Source: Candidatus Saccharimonadota bacterium (GTDB lineage: Bacteria > Patescibacteriota > Gracilibacteria > UBA1369 > 2-02-FULL-48-14). From it: a stretch of DNA of 32,000 nucleotides. The notes below the pieces were generated by a model. That model saw nothing but the letters and a program-made list of their open reading frames with translations, was not told where the DNA came from and made no database searches. The stretch covers positions 630,001-662,000 of the forward strand of contig CP064962.1 of the NCBI GenBank assembly GCA_016699145.1, in the 5' to 3' direction. The position numbers and the translations under genes were made by a program. The first letter of the stretch is position 1. Each line of letters starts with the position of its first letter. Shown piece after piece: positions 26,741-32,000 of the stretch.

Positions 26741-26763
26741 AGAAACACTAACCCCTCCCCCCC

Positions 26764-27318
26764 ATGCGAAAAATCGCCCTCTTAGCGCTTTGCCTCCTCA
26801 GTCTTTCCGCGTGCAACAGTTCTCCGGTTGTTCCCCCAATAGTCGAAACTCCAACTCTTTTCACTTCCGATTTTGCAGAAGTGTGCAACGCAACCCCCTT
26901 GCCCGAAGCCGCAGCCTACACCGAAGAAGCCGGCATTCATCCGGTGATTTTGTTCGATAGAATGCAACAAGAACCTTACCTCGAAAGGAGCTTTGCCTTA
27001 GCTGAAAACTGGCAAGTGGACTGGCAAGAAGCCGAAAAATATCAACTCGTGAGCTGTGTCAGCTTCACTCCAAAAGAAAAAAGTGGCACCTGCGATTTTG
27101 ACGTGGAAGGCGAAACCTACACCTTAGACCTGTACCCGGCCACTTACACCGTGGACCTGTATGCAGCTCAAAGCGGAGCAAAACTGGCCAGCACAAGTTT
27201 GGATTTGCCTGCAGCAGAATGCCCCTCCATGCATTATTTCACAGAAAAAACAGAGGCTTATTACCCTGATTATATCCCTGCCCTCAGCACCTTCTTGACC
27301 CCCTACGTTCAAAAATAA
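26764..27318 (+). CDS. Lipoprotein, hypothetical (184 aa)
   Basis: MRKIALLALCLLSLSAC is a signal peptide with a lipobox. No family recognised. Confidence 0.7.
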   Translation: MRKIALLALCLLSLSACNSSPVVPPIVETPTLFTSDFAEVCNATPLPEAAAYTEEAGIHPVILFDRMQQEPYLERSFALAENWQVDWQEAEKYQLVSCVSFTPKEKSGTCDFDVEGETYTLDLYPATYTVDLYAAQSGAKLASTSLDLPAAECPSMHYFTEKTEAYYPDYIPALSTFLTPYVQK

Positions 27319-27319
27319 A

Positions 27320-28144
27320 TCAGGTCGCTATCTCAGATTGCCAGAAACCCTCTACCGCCGTCGCATTTTCTAAAACATCGTGGACTCGCAAACAGTCCAC
27401 TTTGTTTTGGAGTTGCAAAGTGGTCCACAGGGTCATGCCCAATCGATCCTCCCCCAAAAAACCTTTGCGAGAGGTGCCCACCAAAATAGGCTTGCCGAGC
27501 ACTCGCAGTTCCTCAATGCGTTCGATGATTTCGTAACTATAGGCCGGCTCCCCACTCACAAAAGCCCCCATGCCAGGGTCAACCCAAAGCTCCTTCACCC
27601 CTGCCGCCTCAGCCGCAGCAATCCGTTCTTGCAAGAAGCCTAGAACGGTTTTCATCACATCTTCATAATGAACCACTTCCCGATCCGTACGCGGCGAATT
27701 TTGCTTGGAATACATCAAAACCATCGGCACGCCCCAGCGAGCCACCACCTCAAAAATGCGCGGGTCTCCTCGCCCAGCCGTCACATCATTGACCATCCGC
27801 GCCCCTGCCTTGAGCGCCGCCTCAGCCACTTCACTTTTCCACGTATCGATGGAAAGGATCGCCTCCGGAAAAGCCGCATGAATCTTTTCGATGGCCGGAA
27901 TCACCCGCACTTTCTCCTCCTCCAAAGAAACATTCTTGCTCCCCGGCCCTGTCGACTCTCCCCCAATGTCCAAAATGCTCGCCCCATCCTCCAAAAATTC
28001 CCGAGCCATTTCGAGCAAATCTCTATTGCCACCAAATTCCACAAACTGCCCTCCGTCCGAAAAACTATCTGGAGTGAGGTTGAGCACCGCCATGAATGAT
28101 GTATTGACTGATGACATTTTTATGTTAAGATAAAACGAGCTCAA
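27320..28144 (-). CDS. folP: Dihydropteroate synthase
   Basis: Motifs are VLNLTPDSFSDGG, DIGGESTGPG and a pterin-binding barrel pattern. The start may instead be the ATG at 28117 or 28093. Confidence 0.92.
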   Translation of the reverse strand: MSSFYLNIKMSSVNTSFMAVLNLTPDSFSDGGQFVEFGGNRDLLEMAREFLEDGASILDIGGESTGPGSKNVSLEEEKVRVIPAIEKIHAAFPEAILSIDTWKSEVAEAALKAGARMVNDVTAGRGDPRIFEVVARWGVPMVLMYSKQNSPRTDREVVHYEDVMKTVLGFLQERIAAAEAAGVKELWVDPGMGAFVSGEPAYSYEIIERIEELRVLGKPILVGTSRKGFLGEDRLGMTLWTTLQLQNKVDCLRVHDVLENATAVEGFWQSEIAT

Positions 28145-28160
28145 TTCTACAGCGCTTAAA

Positions 28161-28604
28161 ATGACAAGTCCAAACGAAACAACTGCGGAGGTGCTAGTGG
28201 TAGAGGATGATGAAGTCTTGCGAAGAACGTATGAAGACTTGATCCCAATCTATACAAATCTCACCTGCGAAGGCATCGATCAAACTGGAAAAAGAGTGGA
28301 GCAAATCATCGCTTCCATTCGAAAGCACCCCGCCCTAGCGCTGATCTTAGATGGACAGTATCAAGATGGAACCGCATTGGACATTTTAAACTCAATCGCA
28401 AATGAAAGCGCTCGTCGAATCTTTGTCATATCTGGGGATCAAGACATTATTCTAAGTATTCAAAGGGCTTACCCACCCAAAACATACCCTCTCATCACAG
28501 CAGTCCTAAAAGGGAGTTCTGCAAACATAGAAACAATCTCTGAGGAAATCTTAAACTTCGTCACTAGGCAAAGGCAAAACGCGACCGCCCGCTTGGCCTC
28601 TTAA
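28161..28604 (+). CDS. Stand-alone receiver (CheY-like) domain protein, divergent
   Basis: 147 aa. It has an acidic pocket (LVVEDDE), a candidate phospho-acceptor (ALILDGQ) and FVISGD at the T/S position. There is no output domain and no kinase in the window. Confidence 0.6.
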   Translation: MTSPNETTAEVLVVEDDEVLRRTYEDLIPIYTNLTCEGIDQTGKRVEQIIASIRKHPALALILDGQYQDGTALDILNSIANESARRIFVISGDQDIILSIQRAYPPKTYPLITAVLKGSSANIETISEEILNFVTRQRQNATARLAS

Positions 28605-29065
28605 GCCCGCTCTTCTTCGTTGTAGACGTGCTCGTACTCGCTCTTGAAATATTCGTGCAATTCATCGGAGTTGAAGAAGCGCGCGACCTCTTTAACCGCA
28701 TTTTCAACGGTGTCGGAAGTGTGAATCACGTTGCAAGACACGCTCATGGCAAAATCTCCGCGAATGGTTCCGGCATCTGCCGTACGGCCCTTGGTCACAC
28801 CAGTGATCAGTCGCACTGCCTCCACACATTCAAGCCCTTCCCAAACCATAGCCAAAACCGGTGAGCTCTTCATGAAGTTGGCCACTCCAGGGAAGAAAGG
28901 TTTGTCGGCAATGTGCGCATAATGTTCACGAAGCACCGCCTCTTCCAATTTCATCATCTTACAGGCCACCATTTTGAGGCCCTTTTTTTCAAAACGAGAG
29001 ACGATTTCCCCCACGAGTCCGCGTTGAACTCCATCAGGTTTAATGAGTACGAGAGTGCGTTCCAT
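28601..29065 (-). CDS. ndk: Nucleoside diphosphate kinase
   Basis: MERTLVLIKPDGVQRGLVGEI... with the active-site NVIHTSD. The start is taken at ATG 29065. The track's longer N-terminus is not NDK-like. Confidence 0.92.
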   Translation of the reverse strand: MERTLVLIKPDGVQRGLVGEIVSRFEKKGLKMVACKMMKLEEAVLREHYAHIADKPFFPGVANFMKSSPVLAMVWEGLECVEAVRLITGVTKGRTADAGTIRGDFAMSVSCNVIHTSDTVENAVKEVARFFNSDELHEYFKSEYEHVYNEEERA

Positions 29066-29135
29066 AGCCATAAAATTTAGTATAAAAGCCCACATAAAGT
29101 GCATGATCAAGGAGTAAAAGTCAAAAGAGTGAAGC

Positions 29136-29163
29136 TTGACTTAAAATGAATTAGTGCCATAAT
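29136..29163 (+). promoter_or_regulatory. Putative promoter of the 29208 gene
   Basis: CTTGACTTA with TTGACT at 29136-29141, 16 nt, CATAAT (29158-29163). Confidence 0.4.
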
Positions 29164-29207
29164 CAAGGAATGGCGGGGCCAGGAAGCACCTGCATCAAAT
29201 AAACACC

Positions 29208-29654
29208 ATGAATTCTATAGAAAAATTTTGCGCCCCAGACGAAGATAGGCTTTCCCCAGAACTAAAACATCTCTTTCAAGCAGTTTTTACTGCCTGGAAT
29301 GAAGCTGGATTTAACGAATTAGATCCTTCCACTTATCCAAATTTTGGCGACCGATTGGGAAATTTAGACACGCAAACATTGGGAGAAATGGAACAAATTT
29401 TGCACAGAAGGCTGGCTACTTTGCAAACCCACATTGAAATGCTGAGGAAGACGTCAAATAATCAAAACCCTAAAATCCAAGAAGCACTTAATAAAAGTTA
29501 CAACTACCACCAAGTCTTAAGTAAGCTCGAGCAAGAACTCATTCAACACAGAATAGACCGCATTTTCATCCTTGTTACAACAAGAGAATGCGCGCACGAA
29601 GCAGCAAAAGCCGCAGGCACTCAACTGGCCACAGGCACCATCGCCGAAGCTTAA
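29208..29654 (+). CDS. Hypothetical protein (148 aa), predicted helical
   Basis: Intact ATG ORF with a promoter upstream. A heptad-like central region (LGEMEQILHRRLATLQTHIEMLRK). No family recognised. Confidence 0.5.
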   Translation: MNSIEKFCAPDEDRLSPELKHLFQAVFTAWNEAGFNELDPSTYPNFGDRLGNLDTQTLGEMEQILHRRLATLQTHIEMLRKTSNNQNPKIQEALNKSYNYHQVLSKLEQELIQHRIDRIFILVTTRECAHEAAKAAGTQLATGTIAEA

Positions 29655-30916
29655 GCCAACAACTTCTCAAACCTCTCCTTGTCTTCATAAGGCCCGATCA
29701 CCGCAAGATGCATGGCCTCTTTTTTGATCAAGTCTTGGGCCACACGCAGCACATCCGCCACCGTCACGCGGTCGATTGCCGTGGCAATGTCTTCATAAGA
29801 ACGAAGTTTGTCGTACAAAAGTTCATTGCGCGCGTGCATTTGAGCCACATGTTCGGAGTCTTCCAAAGAAAGTGTGAGTTTGCCCTTCAAAAACTCTTTG
29901 CCTTTTTTGAGCTCCGCCTCACTCACCGCTTCTTTCGCAATGAGTTCGTATTGCAGCAAAATTTCACGAATAGCATCGTCCACACGGTTCACATCCACCC
30001 CTGCACGAGTGTAAAAAGTGCCAGTGTCCAAATAATCTTCCGTACCACAAGAAATGTAATACGCCAGACCCTTCGCCTCGCGCACGGCAAGGAACATGCG
30101 TGAACTCATATTGCCCCCCAAAATAGAAGACAGCACCTTGAGCACATAGTGATCCTGATGCGTTTCGGGGTAACCCTTCACGCCCATCACAAGGTGAGTT
30201 TGCTCCGTTTTTTTGCTGCCCAATTTCACTCGTTCGCAAGTGGGCAAATTCGCCTCAAAAGCATGATAAGTCCGAGTGGGCTCCTTACGCTGCATGGGGA
30301 AATACTTTTTAACCAAGTTCACCACTTCCTCGTGCTCCACCGCTCCCGCTAAACACACAAGCATATTGTCGATGGTGTACAAAGAGTCTTTATAGGTCAC
30401 AAAATCGTCGCGCTGCAAAACACGGATCACATCCTTAGGTCCACCCTCATCCCATCCGAGAGGTTGATCCCCAAACAGAGCCCGTTCAAAATCCCAAGCC
30501 ACTTGATACATGGGCGTGTCTTGATACATATTGATTTCCTCCAAAATCACTCCGCGTTCCTTTTCGATTTCTTCTTGATCAAAACGCGCATTCAAAAGCA
30601 TGTCCGACAAAACGTCGAGCGCCAGCTCTTTGTGATGCGCCGCCAATTTCACATAATAACCCGCATATTCTTTTGAAGTGAATGCGTTGAACTCCCCCCC
30701 AATGCCATCGATGGCTTCAGACACTTCCTTGGCTGACTTGTATTTGGTGGCTCCTTTAAAAAACATGTGCTCCAAAAAGTGAGACACTCCATTGATGTTT
30801 TTATCCTCGCAACGAGACCCCGCTTTGGTCAGCACCAAAGCCGTCACGGATTGAGTCCCAAGAAGCGCTTCCGTCACAATGCGAAGCCCGTTGTCTAACG
30901 TTGTTTTTTGAACCAT
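29651..30916 (-). CDS. M16 family zinc peptidase (pitrilysin-like)
   Basis: 421 aa with the inverted zinc motif HFLEHMFFKG and a downstream E for metal binding. Confidence 0.9.
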   Translation of the reverse strand: MVQKTTLDNGLRIVTEALLGTQSVTALVLTKAGSRCEDKNINGVSHFLEHMFFKGATKYKSAKEVSEAIDGIGGEFNAFTSKEYAGYYVKLAAHHKELALDVLSDMLLNARFDQEEIEKERGVILEEINMYQDTPMYQVAWDFERALFGDQPLGWDEGGPKDVIRVLQRDDFVTYKDSLYTIDNMLVCLAGAVEHEEVVNLVKKYFPMQRKEPTRTYHAFEANLPTCERVKLGSKKTEQTHLVMGVKGYPETHQDHYVLKVLSSILGGNMSSRMFLAVREAKGLAYYISCGTEDYLDTGTFYTRAGVDVNRVDDAIREILLQYELIAKEAVSEAELKKGKEFLKGKLTLSLEDSEHVAQMHARNELLYDKLRSYEDIATAIDRVTVADVLRVAQDLIKKEAMHLAVIGPYEDKERFEKLLA

Positions 30917-30978
30917 AGTGTTTTAGGATGATGGCTCCGGGATGGTAACAAAACTTAAGGCTCAGCGTCCACTCCAAT

Positions 30979-32000
30979 ATGCCGCTTTCCACACGAATCA
31001 ATCGGTTCACTCCTATTTTTCTAGCCGTCTACGCCCTAGCCGCTGTGGTGATTTTGAAACTTTTTTATCTGCAAGTCATCTCGCACAGCTACTATCAACA
31101 CATCGCCGAAGTGGAACAATACGGCTACACCATTTTGCCCGCCCGACGCGGAGAAATTTTAGTGCAGGACTACCACTCGGGTGAGGCCTACACCTTGGCC
31201 ACCAACACGACACTCAGCATGATTTATGCCGACCCCACCTTGATCGCCGAAAAATCCGATCCCGTGCTTGTGGCTGAAACGTTTGCGCCCCTACTTTTCG
31301 ACTTGGAACAAGCCAAGGAACAGGATCAAATTCGCTATGAAGATGAGCTCGAAATCATCAATAAAATGGAGAATGAAACGCTCAAAAATGAAGCCCTTTC
31401 CAAGCTCGCTCTAAAAACCGATGAAGAGCTGTTTGAAACTTATCAAGAAGATTTGGAAGAACTTCTGTCCACTCGCACTCGTGACACCATTTTATACGCC
31501 GAAGACCTCGATCCCGAAACTCAGAACAAAGTCCGGAAGGCAGGCATTCAAGGCAGCGAATTAACCGAAAAGGCAAACCTTTATCTTTACCCAAAAAAAA
31601 TCACCGACAGCAAAAAGGTGGCAGAACAACTGGCCGAAATTTTTGGCGGTGATGTGGAAGTGATCGAAAACAAACTCGAGGGCAAAAACGCTTACGTGGA
31701 ACTCAAACATAAACTCGATCCAGCCATTTCTGAACAAATTGAAAAACTCTTGGAAGAAGATCGAAAAAAAGCCGATATAGAAAACCGCGACCCCTATTAT
31801 TTGGGCATCGGAATGAAGGACGAGTATTTCCGTTTTTATCCCGAACAAGAATTGGCCGCGCAAGCGCTGGGTTATGTGAATTCTGCCGGCGACGGTGTCT
31901 ACGGTGTGGAAGGAACTTTCAACGAAATTCTTGAAGGAAGCAACGGTATTTTCAGCTCTCAGTTGGATGTCTATAGGAATCAAATCACGGTGGGTGAAAC
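30979..32000 (+). CDS. Penicillin-binding protein (PBP2/FtsI-type transpeptidase), 5' part, continues beyond the window
   Basis: The frame is open from ATG 30979 to the window end. It is absent from the ORF track because there is no stop. The N-terminal TM is FTPIFLAVYALAAVVILKLFYLQVI. PARRGEILVQD and AAQALGYV...GVEGTFNEILEGSNG fit the PBP dimerisation domain. Confidence 0.8.
   Translation, partial: MPLSTRINRFTPIFLAVYALAAVVILKLFYLQVISHSYYQHIAEVEQYGYTILPARRGEILVQDYHSGEAYTLATNTTLSMIYADPTLIAEKSDPVLVAETFAPLLFDLEQAKEQDQIRYEDELEIINKMENETLKNEALSKLALKTDEELFETYQEDLEELLSTRTRDTILYAEDLDPETQNKVRKAGIQGSELTEKANLYLYPKKITDSKKVAEQLAEIFGGDVEVIENKLEGKNAYVELKHKLDPAISEQIEKLLEEDRKKADIENRDPYYLGIGMKDEYFRFYPEQELAAQALGYVNSAGDGVYGVEGTFNEILEGSNGIFSSQLDVYRNQITVGE

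Noticed and set aside
31382-31983. Two minus-strand ORFs (70 and 140 aa)
   Set aside because: They are antisense to the open PBP reading frame that starts at 30979 and runs off the window. The PBP frame carries clear family motifs.

Overview
About 32 kb of bacterial chromosome read with the standard genetic code: TGA is used as a stop (for example atpC at 8263-8265), and conserved proteins read through intact.

Housekeeping backbone:
- A complete F1Fo ATP synthase operon on the minus strand (atpZ-B-E-F-H-A-G-D-C, 15202 down to 8263).
- uvrB, an inositol monophosphatase, tRNA-Arg(GCG) and csaA.
- A tightly overlapping minus-strand operon, queD-folK-transketolase(N)-transketolase(C remnant)-prs-rpiB-rpe (26663 down to 22655).
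- folP, a stand-alone receiver domain, ndk, an M16 peptidase, and the 5' part of a PBP transpeptidase that runs off the right edge. The PBP is missing from the ORF track because it has no stop in the window.

Accessory or unusual parts:
1. A left-hand 5.2 kb envelope-display cluster: an LTD protein fragment, an SLH-anchored C39-like peptidase, and a 955-aa PKD/CARDBx4/Gly-Asn-Ser-linker/SLH protein.
2. A 1277-bp IS with perfect 19-bp inverted repeats and an 8-bp target duplication, but a transposase broken in three places. It sits directly on the promoter of the large surface gene.
3. A 539-aa ORFan downstream of uvrB whose C-terminus carries a caspase-like His...Cys dyad pattern.
4. A translationally coupled 42-aa/184-aa ORFan pair upstream of uvrB.
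5. Duplicated and split copies of the tRNA-Arg 3' end immediately downstream of the tRNA.
6. A split transketolase that looks degenerate.
7. An almost complete absence of Shine-Dalgarno motifs. C-rich ATCYCCCTTA-like leaders abut several atp start codons, and two genes look leaderless.

I saw no CRISPR array, rRNA, integrase, reverse transcriptase or recognisable defence operon. My best candidates for something new are items 3, 5 and 7, and all remain inference from sequence alone. The lineage is probably uncultivated and reduced (CPR-like), but that is a guess I cannot test here.
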